Counted from the stretch's first letter, positions 9,249 to 19,385 are shown. The stretch: 55,023 nucleotides of DNA from Candidatus Woesearchaeota archaeon (GCA_018302465.1 JAGVZQ010000004.1:1-55023); one strand, 5' to 3'. A program made the numbers and translations. The notes: generated by a model not told the origin, from the letters alone.

Positions 9249-10368
9249 GCCCTAAAACCAATGCATTTCCATTGTCATAAACATAACCCTTGCCAAAATA
9301 AATTCTTGTGTTGCTTCCAACACTTACATTTAACTGCCCATTAACATGTAATACACTGCTTGGTGTTGTAGTATTAATACCAACATAACCATTACTTCTC
9401 CCATCAACGTATAACCTGTTATTACCAACAGTTAAGTTATTAGCTATAGTAACATTGCCACTAAATACATTACTCTGGTTAGTTAAAGCTAAATTAGTAT
9501 AACTCATTCCGCTTATGCCAGTCAAACCAGTCCCAGATCCAACAAATGAAGTAGCAGTAACAGTTCCTGTAACCCCAACATCACCTGTCACATTCAAGGC
9601 TGAACTTGGACTTACAGTTAATATGCCCACCCTATTATTCACACTATCAACATACAAAGTTCCGCCATCTACAGTTAAATTCTCTGTAATGGTAATATTG
9701 CCGCTAAATGAGTTACTCTGGTTGGTTAAAGCTAAGTTGGTATAAACCATACTACTCACCCCAGTTAATCCCGCCCCAGATCCTACAAAAGCATTAGCAG
9801 TAACAATTCCAGTAACTCCAACATCTCCAGTTACATTTAAAGCTGATGTGGGGTTAGTAGTTCCTATGCCAACCTTACTTAAAAAATATCCAGTAACTCC
9901 AAAAATATTATTCCACCACCCGTTAGAGCTCTGTCCTAAATTCAAAGTGCTATTTGTTGTAGGAACAAGAGAAGTTGAGACATTTACTTTATTTAATGTA
10001 ACATTCCCAATTCCTGCCTGGAATCTTTGTCTCTCCTGACCTTGAAAGTCCAAATCTGTCCTGTTTAAATAAACTTCCATGTAATAATCACTTCCATAAG
10101 CTAAATTTAGTTGTTGAACGCCAGAACCAAGCATAATATCTATTTGTCCATTAGAAACATTTTTAAGAAAATCATTTGTTGAGTTATAAATTAAATTTCC
10201 GCCAGAAGCAGCATCATATATCTCAACAACAACATCACCTGCTCCAAAGTTATTGCCAGAGCCATCTTTCACATTAGCAGTAAAAGACATTAAATCAGCA
10301 TAAACTGGAAGAGATAACACTATACCAAATAGTAGAACAACAAATAATTTTTTAATATCTATCACCAT
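9241..10368 (-). CDS. Secreted beta-rich surface protein with tail-fibre-like VGIGTTxP repeats
   Basis: Signal peptide; duplicated ~83-aa unit (SALNVTGDVGVTG...YTNLALTNQSN). Confidence 0.75.
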   Translation of the reverse strand: MVIDIKKLFVVLLFGIVLSLPVYADLMSFTANVKDGSGNNFGAGDVVVEIYDAASGGNLIYNSTNDFLKNVSNGQIDIMLGSGVQQLNLAYGSDYYMEVYLNRTDLDFQGQERQRFQAGIGNVTLNKVNVSTSLVPTTNSTLNLGQSSNGWWNNIFGVTGYFLSKVGIGTTNPTSALNVTGDVGVTGIVTANAFVGSGAGLTGVSSMVYTNLALTNQSNSFSGNITITENLTVDGGTLYVDSVNNRVGILTVSPSSALNVTGDVGVTGTVTATSFVGSGTGLTGISGMSYTNLALTNQSNVFSGNVTIANNLTVGNNRLYVDGRSNGYVGINTTTPSSVLHVNGQLNVSVGSNTRIYFGKGYVYDNGNALVLGHD

Positions 10369-10412
10369 CTTTTTAATAAATTATTGTTTAACTCATATTT
10401 AAAGATTATTGT

Positions 10413-10934
10413 TTAGCTCCCTTTTTCAACTATCTCCTTAGCCTTATTAATAAATTTTATTGCTTTTAATCTTAAATCTTCAGCTTCTTTTTTTGTAAAA
10501 TTAACTTTAGTAGAATAACTTGCTTTAGATCTTTGTTTTCTCGATTCCGCATAATATAAAATATGTTCTTTCTCAATGGTAGAATCATTAACCAGTTCAA
10601 TTTCCTCTTTCGTTAATTCCTTATTATAAAATTCTTTAATTAGAATTAGTAAAGTAGCGCTATGGTCTTTTGTGGAAAACCCCCTTAAGGCGCATAAAGC
10701 CAAGGAAGCATGATAAATAGAATAATAAGCAGATACAATAGCCCAGTCATTAAACTCCTCCAATTCAAGGGCAGACTTGACAAATTTTAAGTTATGGTCT
10801 GCTTTCTCTAAGTGACCCTTGACTAATTCCTCTTTCTCAGTTTCTATTTTTAATTTTTTTAATTTTAAATATCTCTTAAACTCTGTTTCTAATTTTTCTT
10901 TATTAACCATCCACATTTCCCAAAATTCTTTCAT
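10413..10934 (-). CDS. HEPN-domain protein
   Basis: KA.HNL, WAIVSAYYSIYH, H, R...SY. Confidence 0.85.
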   Translation of the reverse strand: MKEFWEMWMVNKEKLETEFKRYLKLKKLKIETEKEELVKGHLEKADHNLKFVKSALELEEFNDWAIVSAYYSIYHASLALCALRGFSTKDHSATLLILIKEFYNKELTKEEIELVNDSTIEKEHILYYAESRKQRSKASYSTKVNFTKKEAEDLRLKAIKFINKAKEIVEKGS

Positions 10935-11542
10935 TTCAAAACCTCTTTATAAAAATAATAACTGCCTATTATCACAAATCCGGTCTTTACTGCATGAATT
11001 ATTACATTATCTTCCTTTTTAAGTAATTGCTCTTTAAAATAGTCATAATCTATAATAAATGTTTGAATGTTCATTCCAGTTAATGATTCTATATCCCTTT
11101 TTAATTTCTTATCTTCCTCTTCTTTTTTATTAAATACTAATAAAATGTCTATGTCTGATTCTTTCGTATAAGATTTCTTTGCTGTTGAGCCAAAAATTAA
11201 AGCAATTAACGGTTTTACTTTTAGATTACTTATAAACTCCAGAATGGCCCTTTTTCTCGTATCGTCTAATTCATTAAACCTTTTAAGGTCGAAATAAGAA
11301 AATATCGGAAATATTAGGGGGTTTTTATTGTTTATTCTATAGAAAGTATTTCCTTTAGTTTTCTTTGAAATTATTAAACTCTTTAAGTTGTTTAAATGCT
11401 TTAAAGTTGTGTTAGGGGTCAATTTAGTTTCTCTTAGCACTTCACTGAAATAGATCTCTTTCTTATTTTTATAGAAACATTCCAGAATTTTCTCTTTTCC
11501 TTTATTTAAAATCTTATCCATTTTTTGAATAAGATTATACAT
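10931..11542 (-). CDS. HTH + minimal nucleotidyltransferase (MNT) antitoxin
   Basis: N-terminal wHTH; IFGSTAK...SDIDIL. Confidence 0.85.
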   Translation of the reverse strand: MYNLIQKMDKILNKGKEKILECFYKNKKEIYFSEVLRETKLTPNTTLKHLNNLKSLIISKKTKGNTFYRINNKNPLIFPIFSYFDLKRFNELDDTRKRAILEFISNLKVKPLIALIFGSTAKKSYTKESDIDILLVFNKKEEEDKKLKRDIESLTGMNIQTFIIDYDYFKEQLLKKEDNVIIHAVKTGFVIIGSYYFYKEVLK

Positions 11543-11587
11543 TTATTGTACTATTTAAACCTTTCTGTTAGTAGGACATCATATAGG

Positions 11588-11983
11588 TTATAGAAGAAAT
11601 TCTACATTCTTCTTGTTTTTAAAATGTAAATCCCCTGTTAGGATTATTCCTTTTATTTCTTCTTGTTTTGCTAATATAATTGAGTCCATCAGGCCAAAAT
11701 CCTTCATTTCCTTTCTGTTTCCATGTCTTATTTCTGCTGCTTTTAACCAATTGATTAAATTTATTGGTTCAATAACGGAGCCCATTTTAACTATGCCAAA
11801 CAATTTCTTAAAATCTTCATTATTAGCAAGGCACCACAGTTTTATTTCAGAAATGCAATTTTCTGGAGTCGATAATGTATTTTTTTCATTTTCAATTATT
11901 TTCTTTACTTTAATGCCTTTTTTTGACCCTATGAGATATTCAACCCATGCATATGTGTCAAGTAAATAATGCAACACTACCAC
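11588..11983 (-). CDS. VapC PIN toxin
   Basis: LLDTYAWVEY, DSII, LTGD.HF. Confidence 0.9.
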   Translation of the reverse strand: MVVLHYLLDTYAWVEYLIGSKKGIKVKKIIENEKNTLSTPENCISEIKLWCLANNEDFKKLFGIVKMGSVIEPINLINWLKAAEIRHGNRKEMKDFGLMDSIILAKQEEIKGIILTGDLHFKNKKNVEFLL

Positions 11984-12180
11984 CTATCCATAATTTTTTC
12001 TTCTCTCTTGAATGGTTTTGCACTCTTGCATATACCAAAAGCTTTTATCCTTTCTTTTTTTATTATATCTATTTTAATGATTTGATTTTCTTTTAATTCC
12101 ATTTCATCAACTGCCTTTTTTGGTAAAATCATACCTAAAGAATTCCCCCATTTTCTAATCTTAGATTCTACTAGTTTCAT
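11977..12180 (-). CDS. AbrB-type VapB antitoxin
   Basis: RKWGNSLGMILPK. Confidence 0.9.
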   Translation of the reverse strand: MKLVESKIRKWGNSLGMILPKKAVDEMELKENQIIKIDIIKKERIKAFGICKSAKPFKREEKIMDRW

Positions 12181-12200
12181 GTTATACTAAAATGTATAAC
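12181..12200. promoter_or_regulatory. Putative vapBC operator
   Basis: GTTATAC-N6-GTATAAC between the TATA box and the ATG. Confidence 0.65.
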
Positions 12201-12217
12201 TAATATTTAAACCTTTC

Positions 12218-12324
12218 TAGTTAGAGCGCTGGTGCATTCCTACTAGCGAATCGTCGATAAAGTAAAAGTTCGCATAATCTTTTGCCGTCGAGGCCCTTTA
12301 AGGGTTACACCAGCGCTCTAATTA
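12218..12324. ncRNA. Candidate structured RNA of unknown family
   Basis: GC-rich intergenic island; perfect 14-bp closing stem TTAGAGCGCTGGTG/CACCAGCGCTCTAA, internal helices, possible GCGAA/TTCGC pseudoknot. Confidence 0.55.
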
Positions 12325-12365
12325 CTCACAGTAAGATTTAAATAATATAAATAATAAACTACAGT

Positions 12366-12722
12366 ATGGAAAAAAGAAGTATAATTATTACAACTTTTGT
12401 TCTTGTCTGGTTATTAGCATTAACAGCAATAAACCTAAACGGAATAACTGGTGCTTCTGTTTTAAATAATAATGAACAGTGGGTTTGTAATAAACTTCAG
12501 TGTACTGAACAATATACAACACAAGAGCTTCAGCAGAAATTCTGTAAAATTGAAAATGACCAAATATTATGCAGTGTTTCAGTTGATGGACAGGTTTCAG
12601 ATCATTTAATAGATCAAATAAACTGGGAAAGCCTGCAAATTTGCAAAAAAGCCATATGTACGGAAGAAGTAAAAATAAAACCAGTAAATTATGAAGTTGA
12701 TTTAAACCAAATGCAGAACTAA
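12366..12722 (+). CDS. Secreted/membrane-anchored Cys-containing hypothetical protein
   Basis: N-terminal TM followed by ITGA, six Cys. Confidence 0.75.
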   Translation: MEKRSIIITTFVLVWLLALTAINLNGITGASVLNNNEQWVCNKLQCTEQYTTQELQQKFCKIENDQILCSVSVDGQVSDHLIDQINWESLQICKKAICTEEVKIKPVNYEVDLNQMQN

Positions 12723-12728
12723 TTCTTT

Positions 12729-13088
12729 TTATTTAACAAATTCAACATTTGGAAAATTTTCAAATTCTTTATCCCCAGTTAAGAATTTCAACCCATACTT
12801 TTTAGCTAATAAATACCCTATAGAATCAGTCAAACTAATATCTTGTTTTTTATGTTCGTATCTGAATTTTACAGCAGAAAGAATAAGGTTATAATCAATT
12901 GTAATAATTTCAAATTTATATTTTTGAAGCCATTTGTCAGATTCTTCCATCCCAACATCTTTTATAAGGCCCCAGTATAACTCGGCAATATTTAATACAC
13001 ACACCTTTAGAGCGTATCCTTTATATTTATCATACTGCCTATTTCCTTTGATAAGTTCAAACAAAGCATATGTGTCAAAAAAATACAT
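12729..13088 (-). CDS. VapC PIN toxin
   Basis: FFDTYALFE, SLTDSIGY, FLTGDKEF. Confidence 0.9.
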   Translation of the reverse strand: MYFFDTYALFELIKGNRQYDKYKGYALKVCVLNIAELYWGLIKDVGMEESDKWLQKYKFEIITIDYNLILSAVKFRYEHKKQDISLTDSIGYLLAKKYGLKFLTGDKEFENFPNVEFVK

Positions 13089-13291
13089 TATACCCCCAAT
13101 TCTTCATCAATCTCTTTCATCAATTTACTGGTAGGCGTTTTTAACCTTAAAGTTCCAAATACATCCCCTGCCTTAGAAATTTTTTCTTCGCTGACTAAAA
13201 TTCTTACTTTAGTATTTGGTTTAAAAGATTTCCCCAACAAAACACCTACAGAGTTTCCCCATTTTCTTGTTTTTGTAACGATTTCTATCAT
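13088..13291 (-). CDS. AbrB-type antitoxin
   Basis: RKWGNSVGV; ATG at 13291 directly follows a tandem AAGTTTAAAC repeat (13292..13311). Confidence 0.85.
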   Translation of the reverse strand: MIEIVTKTRKWGNSVGVLLGKSFKPNTKVRILVSEEKISKAGDVFGTLRLKTPTSKLMKEIDEELGV

Positions 13292-13343
13292 AAGTTTAAA
13301 CAAGTTTAAACAAATATATAAACATTTCTATAAAACTTTGTTG

Positions 13344-13712
13344 TTATTTAACAAATTCAACATTTAGAAAATTTTCAAATTCTTTATCTCCAGTTAAAAA
13401 CTTAATATTGAGCTTCTTTGCCATTATATAACCAATGCAATCTGTCATAGATAAATCTTTTTTTTTATATTTTAACCTCAATTTAGCAGCTTCTTTAATT
13501 TCCCAAGCACCATACTCAACCACAGAAGGATAATAGATCTTTATTAAGTTGGTAGCCTTTACCTCTCCAAGATCTCTCAAAGCATTATGAAAAAGCTCAA
13601 ATATATTTAGTTTTGTTAAAATTACGGTCTTGCCAATATACTTTCTATAGGATTCATTCCCCCCTATAATTTCAAATAACGCATAAGTGTCAAAAAAGTA
13701 TTGATCAGTCAT
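13344..13712 (-). CDS. VapC PIN toxin
   Basis: FFDTYALFE, SMTDCIGY, FLTGDKEF. Confidence 0.9.
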   Translation of the reverse strand: MTDQYFFDTYALFEIIGGNESYRKYIGKTVILTKLNIFELFHNALRDLGEVKATNLIKIYYPSVVEYGAWEIKEAAKLRLKYKKKDLSMTDCIGYIMAKKLNIKFLTGDKEFENFLNVEFVK

Positions 13713-13929
13713 TATATAATTCCTTCCTAAGTCTATCCTTCATTTTTTGTCCTTTGCCTTTCCATTCAGAAAATAACCCAAAAGTTTCCTTTAAAACACT
13801 AGACTTAGTTAAAACAATAACATGCACTTCTTTATCCTTGTTTAAACTATTTAAGTCTATCTTGTCTTTTGGAATAATTAAACCCAAAGAATTCCCCCAT
13901 TTCTTTATTTTAGCATTAAATTCTAACAT
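13705..13929 (-). CDS. AbrB-type antitoxin
   Basis: KKWGNSLGLIIPK. Confidence 0.9.
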   Translation of the reverse strand: MLEFNAKIKKWGNSLGLIIPKDKIDLNSLNKDKEVHVIVLTKSSVLKETFGLFSEWKGKGQKMKDRLRKELYND

Positions 13930-13930
13930 A

Positions 13931-13950
13931 AGTTATACACAAGTATAACT
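13931..13950. promoter_or_regulatory. Putative vapBC operator
   Basis: AGTTATAC-N4-GTATAACT; same half-site as 12181..12200. Confidence 0.65.
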
Positions 13951-14005
13951 ATTATTTAAACATTTCCATAATCATGTTTATAAGTTTTCTTTCTTTTTCT
14001 TTATT

Positions 14006-15175
14006 ATGAAATTCGCCCATTTAGCAGACTGTCATATTGGAGGATGGAGGGAAGAAGAACTGAAAAAACTAGGTATTGAAAGCTTTAGCTACGCAATAAA
14101 TAAATGTATAGAAGAAAATGTAGGTTTTGTTTTGATATCAGGGGATTTATTCAACACATCTCTGCCAGACATAGACCTAATCAAAAAAACAAGCAAAATC
14201 CTTTCAAAGTTAAAGAAACATAATATAAACTGCTATATTATCCCAGGGTCTCATGATTTCTCCCCATCAGGAAAAACAATGCTTGATGTTTTAGAAAGCT
14301 CAGGATTAGTAAAAAACGTTTTTAAATTTAAAGATGATAAACTAAGATTAACTAAAGATAAAACAAATGTAAAAATAACAGGAATTCTCGGGTTAAGGTC
14401 TGGTTTGGAAAAAGAGCATTTTCAAAATCTGCCAAAAGATCATTTAGAAAAAGAACCAGGATTCAAAATATTTATGTTTCATACAATGCTTGAAGAATAC
14501 AAGCCAAAAGACATGGAAAATATTGAAGGGGAATCAATAAAAAACTTCCCAAAAAATTTCAATTACTATGCAGGCGGTCATGTTCATTACCTGTTAGAAA
14601 AGGAATTCGGTAAAGGCAAGATAGTTTATCCAGGCCCCTTATTCCCAAATAATTTCAAAGAATTAGAGGAATTAAAATTTGGCAGGTTCTGTATAGTAGA
14701 TGATAATTTAAATGTAAAAAGAGAAGAAGTAAAGTTAAAAGAAGCAGTATGCTACAAAATAAATGCTGAAAATAAGACACCAGAAGAAGTTGAGCTTGAA
14801 ATAATAAGCACAATAAAAGACTACAAAGATAAGATAATACTACTGAGAATTGAAGGAACACTCCGGTCTGGGAAGCCTTCTGAGGTAAATTTTAGAAGAA
14901 TCCATGAGAAATTCAAAGAAGCTTATTCTCTGTTAAAAAATACAGGTAAACTAACTTCTAAAGAATTGAAAGATATCCAAGTTGAATCTACTGATGCAGA
15001 AGAGATAGAGAGAAAAGTAATTGAAGAATCAAAAGAAGACCTTAAGGAATTAGGGAATAAAGAAATGATAACAGCCTTAATTCATTCTTTAGATATGGAA
15101 AAAGGGGAAGGAGAGAAAAATTCTGATTTCGAAAAAAGAGTTATAGAATCAGGATTAAAATCCTTAAGGTTATGA
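14006..15175 (+). CDS. mre11: DNA double-strand break repair nuclease Mre11
   Basis: D.HIG, GDLF, GSHD, H, GGH.H phosphoesterase motifs; coupled to rad50. Confidence 0.92.
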   Translation: MKFAHLADCHIGGWREEELKKLGIESFSYAINKCIEENVGFVLISGDLFNTSLPDIDLIKKTSKILSKLKKHNINCYIIPGSHDFSPSGKTMLDVLESSGLVKNVFKFKDDKLRLTKDKTNVKITGILGLRSGLEKEHFQNLPKDHLEKEPGFKIFMFHTMLEEYKPKDMENIEGESIKNFPKNFNYYAGGHVHYLLEKEFGKGKIVYPGPLFPNNFKELEELKFGRFCIVDDNLNVKREEVKLKEAVCYKINAENKTPEEVELEIISTIKDYKDKIILLRIEGTLRSGKPSEVNFRRIHEKFKEAYSLLKNTGKLTSKELKDIQVESTDAEEIERKVIEESKEDLKELGNKEMITALIHSLDMEKGEGEKNSDFEKRVIESGLKSLRL

Positions 15176-17217
15176 TAATAAAAAAATTAAGACTAAACAA
15201 TATAAGAAGCTACTCAGATACAATAGTTTCAGTGCCTGAAGGAAGCGTTTTACTGAGTGGAAACATCGGCAGCGGAAAATCCAGCATACTCTTGGCAATA
15301 GATTTTGCTTTGTTCGGGCTAAGGCAAGGAGAATTATCCGGAAACGGGTTATTAAGAAACGGAGAAAACTCTGGGAGTGTTGAGTTAGAATTTGAAATAG
15401 GAGATAATAACATAGAAATAAAGAGAGCATTAAAAAGAGGAAATAAGAGTATCTCTCAAGATACAGGTTTCTTATCAATAAATGGAAATAAAGAACTCTT
15501 AAGTGCTATTGAACTAAAAGAAAGGATATTATCTATACTAGGGTATCCAAAGAGCTTATTAACAAAAAGCAAGAACCTAATTTTCAGATACACAGTATAT
15601 ACCCCTCAAGAGGAGATGAAGGAAATCTTAGTTGGTGATACCGATTTAAGGTTAGACACTCTAAGGAAAGTTTTTGGAATAGACAAATACAAAAGAGTAA
15701 AAGAAAACTCCAGAATTTTATTATCTTACTTGAGAGAGCAGAAAAGAGAAATAGAAGGAAGAATCAACAATCTAGACGAAATAATAGAAGAGAGAAATGA
15801 AAAAGAAAAAAACAAGATAGAAATCAATTCTAAAATAAGTATAATAACTCCAAGAATAGAAGAAATAAAAACCCAGATTATAAACAAAAAAGAAGAAATA
15901 ATAAAGGTTGAAGAAAAGATAAAAGTTCTTAACAGCTTAAAAAAAGATTTTTCAGTAAACCAAAACTCAATAGAATCAAAAAAAACCAGGTTAAATGAGA
16001 CAGAAGAAGAACTAAAAAGAACATTAAGGTTCATAACAGAACACAAAGAAGTTGACATACCAGACCAAGAAAGTTTAAAAAATAAAATAAATCAAAAAGA
16101 AAAAGAGCTAAAATTATTGGAAAATGAAAGCTTGAGTTTAAGTTTATTTCTAAAAGAAGCGGATATTAAAAAGAAAAGCTCGCAGGATTTAATAGATAAA
16201 CTAAACCAATTGGATATTTGCCCAATATGTAAACAAGAAGTAAAGGAAAACCATAAGCATTCTATAAAAGAAAAGGAAGAGACTGTAATATCAGATTCTA
16301 TAAACAAAATAATAGAGTTAAACAAAAAGAAAAATAACCTAAAAGAAAAATTATTAAGATTAAAAGAAGAAATTGAAGCTCTAAAAAAAGAAGATAACAG
16401 CATACAGCTTAAAATTTTTCAAAAAAACAGATTAAATGAAAAGATAGAATCAAAAACAAAGCTGGAAAGAGAAAAATCAATTTTAGAAAAAGAATTAACC
16501 GAGCTCGGTAAAAAAAATAAAGAGCTAACACTAAAAGCAGAAGAATTAAGCAGAATTGATTATTACTCTATAAGAAAAGAGTTTGATATTTTTTTAACAA
16601 AAGAGAAAGAGTTGGAAATGGAAAAATTCGGATATGAAAAAGATAAAAAAAATATTAATCAAAGCATAGAAAAATTGGAAGTTGAAATAAAAAGTAAGCT
16701 AAAAGATAAAGAAACCCTGACAAAGTTCAGTAACATAATATTCTTCATAGATGAGCACTTTTCAAGCCTAATGGAAGTTATGGAAAGAAAAGTTATGCTG
16801 AAAGTTCATTCAGATTTCAATGATTTTTTCCAAAAATGGTTTTCTATGCTTGTTGAAGATGAAATACTTATTGTTAAGTTAGATGAAACATTCACACCAG
16901 TGATAGAACAACAAGGACATGATATAGATTACAAATACTTAAGCGGAGGAGAAAGGACTGCCGCTGCATTATCTTATAGGTTAGCTCTAAATCAAACTAT
17001 AAACAACATTGTAACTGAAATAAGAACAAAGGATTTAATTATTTTAGATGAACCAACAGATGGATTCAGTTCAGAGCAATTAGATAAGATGAAATATGTT
17101 ATAGATGAACTTGAAGCAAAACAGATAATTCTAGTCAGTCATGATCAAAAAATAGAAAGCTTTGTAAATAAAGTCATAAGAATAGAGAAGAAAGGAGGAG
17201 CTTCAAAAATTATTTGA
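15172..17217 (+). CDS. rad50: Rad50 SMC-like ATPase
   Basis: GNIGSGKS, coiled coil with CPIC hook, LSGGE, ILDEPT, VSH. Confidence 0.92.
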   Translation: MIIKKLRLNNIRSYSDTIVSVPEGSVLLSGNIGSGKSSILLAIDFALFGLRQGELSGNGLLRNGENSGSVELEFEIGDNNIEIKRALKRGNKSISQDTGFLSINGNKELLSAIELKERILSILGYPKSLLTKSKNLIFRYTVYTPQEEMKEILVGDTDLRLDTLRKVFGIDKYKRVKENSRILLSYLREQKREIEGRINNLDEIIEERNEKEKNKIEINSKISIITPRIEEIKTQIINKKEEIIKVEEKIKVLNSLKKDFSVNQNSIESKKTRLNETEEELKRTLRFITEHKEVDIPDQESLKNKINQKEKELKLLENESLSLSLFLKEADIKKKSSQDLIDKLNQLDICPICKQEVKENHKHSIKEKEETVISDSINKIIELNKKKNNLKEKLLRLKEEIEALKKEDNSIQLKIFQKNRLNEKIESKTKLEREKSILEKELTELGKKNKELTLKAEELSRIDYYSIRKEFDIFLTKEKELEMEKFGYEKDKKNINQSIEKLEVEIKSKLKDKETLTKFSNIIFFIDEHFSSLMEVMERKVMLKVHSDFNDFFQKWFSMLVEDEILIVKLDETFTPVIEQQGHDIDYKYLSGGERTAAALSYRLALNQTINNIVTEIRTKDLIILDEPTDGFSSEQLDKMKYVIDELEAKQIILVSHDQKIESFVNKVIRIEKKGGASKII

Positions 17218-17453
17218 TAAATAAAATGACAAAAAATACCATAAAATCAAGAAACAGGATAAAATCTAGAAAGGAAATAAAGCGATCAAGAGAAAAGGAT
17301 TTTTGCAAATATTGTGGAGAGGAACTAAACTTAGGTTATGCTGCAACAATGGATAATCTCATAAACTACGTAAATAGGAAGTGTAGATACTTTAGAATAC
17401 CTAAAGAGGATAAAAAGAATATATGCCCTCATTGTGGGGCTTTAAAAAAGTAA
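17214..17453 (+). CDS. Small zinc-finger protein
   Basis: CKYC and CPHC pairs; start uncertain. Confidence 0.55.
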   Translation: MINKMTKNTIKSRNRIKSRKEIKRSREKDFCKYCGEELNLGYAATMDNLINYVNRKCRYFRIPKEDKKNICPHCGALKK

Positions 17454-17463
17454 AAGAATAAAA

Positions 17464-18363
17464 TTATAACTTCTTTATCTTAGCAACAAAAAATCCAGAA
17501 GTGTCATTATCCTGAGGCCATATTCTTAAGCACTTTTCAACTTCTTTTGATAACTTCTTGCCATTATTATCAATAACTGCTTTGCTTTTTTTAATATTAA
17601 GGTTTATCCTTTCAAGCCTTGCATCATTATAATTTTCTAATAAAAAATTAACAACCTCTTCATTTTCTTCCGGAGAAATAGAGCATGTAGAATAGACCAT
17701 TATCCCTCCTCTTTTTAATAAATCAAAACAATGGCAGATTAACTTCTTCTGTACACCTGACAATTTCCTATACATATTTGGATTCCATATCTTAATAGTT
17801 TTCAATGACTTCCTTATTGTCCCAGTTCCGGAACATGGAGCATCCAGTAATATCTTATCAAAGTTTAATTGAATAGTCTCTGCCCAGGATTTAGTAAGAA
17901 TCGCATTACTAACCCCGCATCTTTGTAAATTAGTGGACAAAGCTGTCAATCTATCTGGCTTAATATCATTAGCAATTATAACCCCCCTATTCTGCATTAA
18001 AGCAGCCATCTGAGTAGTCTTGCTCCCTGGAGCAGCGCACGCATCCAAGACTATTTCTCCAGGTTTAGGGTCCAAAACAATAGGAGGAATCATAGACGCA
18101 GCTTCCTGTATGTAAAAATATCCTAACTGATGTTCTTTTAAATTCCCCAGGTCAGTCCTAGGTCCCTCAACAAAGAAACCCTCTTTACACCATGGAATTT
18201 GAGTTAATTTATAGTCTTTCAGCCTTTTCTTTAGCTCATTTACAGAAATTTTTAAGGTATTAACCCTTATAGATTTCCTTATATTTTTCAATGAAAACTC
18301 CAAAAAGCTGTCTATATCTGTCAAAGAAGCATATTTCTTAACAAATTTCTCTTTAAATTCCAT
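17464..18363 (-). CDS. RsmB/NOP2/NSun RNA m5C methyltransferase
   Basis: DACAAPGSKT, LDAPCSG, YSTCS, ENE. Confidence 0.95.
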   Translation of the reverse strand: MEFKEKFVKKYASLTDIDSFLEFSLKNIRKSIRVNTLKISVNELKKRLKDYKLTQIPWCKEGFFVEGPRTDLGNLKEHQLGYFYIQEAASMIPPIVLDPKPGEIVLDACAAPGSKTTQMAALMQNRGVIIANDIKPDRLTALSTNLQRCGVSNAILTKSWAETIQLNFDKILLDAPCSGTGTIRKSLKTIKIWNPNMYRKLSGVQKKLICHCFDLLKRGGIMVYSTCSISPEENEEVVNFLLENYNDARLERINLNIKKSKAVIDNNGKKLSKEVEKCLRIWPQDNDTSGFFVAKIKKL

Positions 18364-18436
18364 AATATTTATTAGAAAAATGTATTTTAAATACTTGCGA
18401 ATAAAGATTTATATATAATCTAAAAGTAATGAGCAT

Positions 18437-19384
18437 ATGAAAATTGATATAAAAAGAGGTTTTACTGTATATAAAACAAAGGGGGACTATGTTGTAGCCT
18501 GCCCACATGCTGGTCCTGCTTTAGAAAGAACAACCTCTAGGGATGACAATAGTGAAACAGTAGGAAGCATATTATGGAAGCTGTTAGGTGGAAAATTAAT
18601 TATAGGCAACCTGTCAAGAGACAGAGTTCTGGGAATAGACTTCAATAGGGACATTCCAACTGTCAAAACCGCAATAGCTATGTATAATAGATCAACAGAA
18701 GCAAATGAATTCTTCGAATACAGAAAAAGATATGCTTGGGTTGCTGAAGATGAAAATGACTATGAATCAAGGTTGAAAATATACCAAAGTTTTTGGGCTG
18801 AAGTAGAGTCAGAGCCAAAAATTATTTTGGTTCATAGACAGTTTAACAGATTAAAAAGCCTTCCGGGTATAATGGATTTTATAGAGCTGCAAGGAAAGAA
18901 AAAAGACATTATGGAGACGATTAATAAGGTAAATAGAAAACATTCAGATTTTTTCAAAAAATTAGACAGGCCTTATAAACAAGCCATCATGTTTGAAACT
19001 GAAAGAATGATTGCCAATGTAATAAAAAAACATGGAACATTTGACTTAAGAAAACTTGGTAATGAGCAAAAAAATGTATTTTCTCGCGATTTAAAGATAA
19101 TCTCAAGATACTGCAGACCCTACATACTTGCAAGATTAAAAGATAATATAACCGCTCAAAATTACCTTAGAGCTACAAAAAGCACATTAGAGTATTCTCC
19201 AGCCCCATGCATCACCTTCCAAAATGTTTTCAATGGGGAACTAGCGCATGGTCCAAGAAGAAAGTTGTATGATATGAAAGATAAGTCAGTCATGGAAGTA
19301 GAGGGAAGCCATTTCATAAATTTATGGTATCCAGAAGTTGCAGCAGAAATAATAAAAAATGTTATAGAAGAATTATATTTGTAA
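18437..19384 (+). CDS. Hypothetical protein, N-formylglutamate amidohydrolase-like N-terminus
   Basis: ACPHAG, SR...DFNR, H motifs. Confidence 0.55.
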   Translation: MKIDIKRGFTVYKTKGDYVVACPHAGPALERTTSRDDNSETVGSILWKLLGGKLIIGNLSRDRVLGIDFNRDIPTVKTAIAMYNRSTEANEFFEYRKRYAWVAEDENDYESRLKIYQSFWAEVESEPKIILVHRQFNRLKSLPGIMDFIELQGKKKDIMETINKVNRKHSDFFKKLDRPYKQAIMFETERMIANVIKKHGTFDLRKLGNEQKNVFSRDLKIISRYCRPYILARLKDNITAQNYLRATKSTLEYSPAPCITFQNVFNGELAHGPRRKLYDMKDKSVMEVEGSHFINLWYPEVAAEIIKNVIEELYL

Positions 19385-19385
19385 A

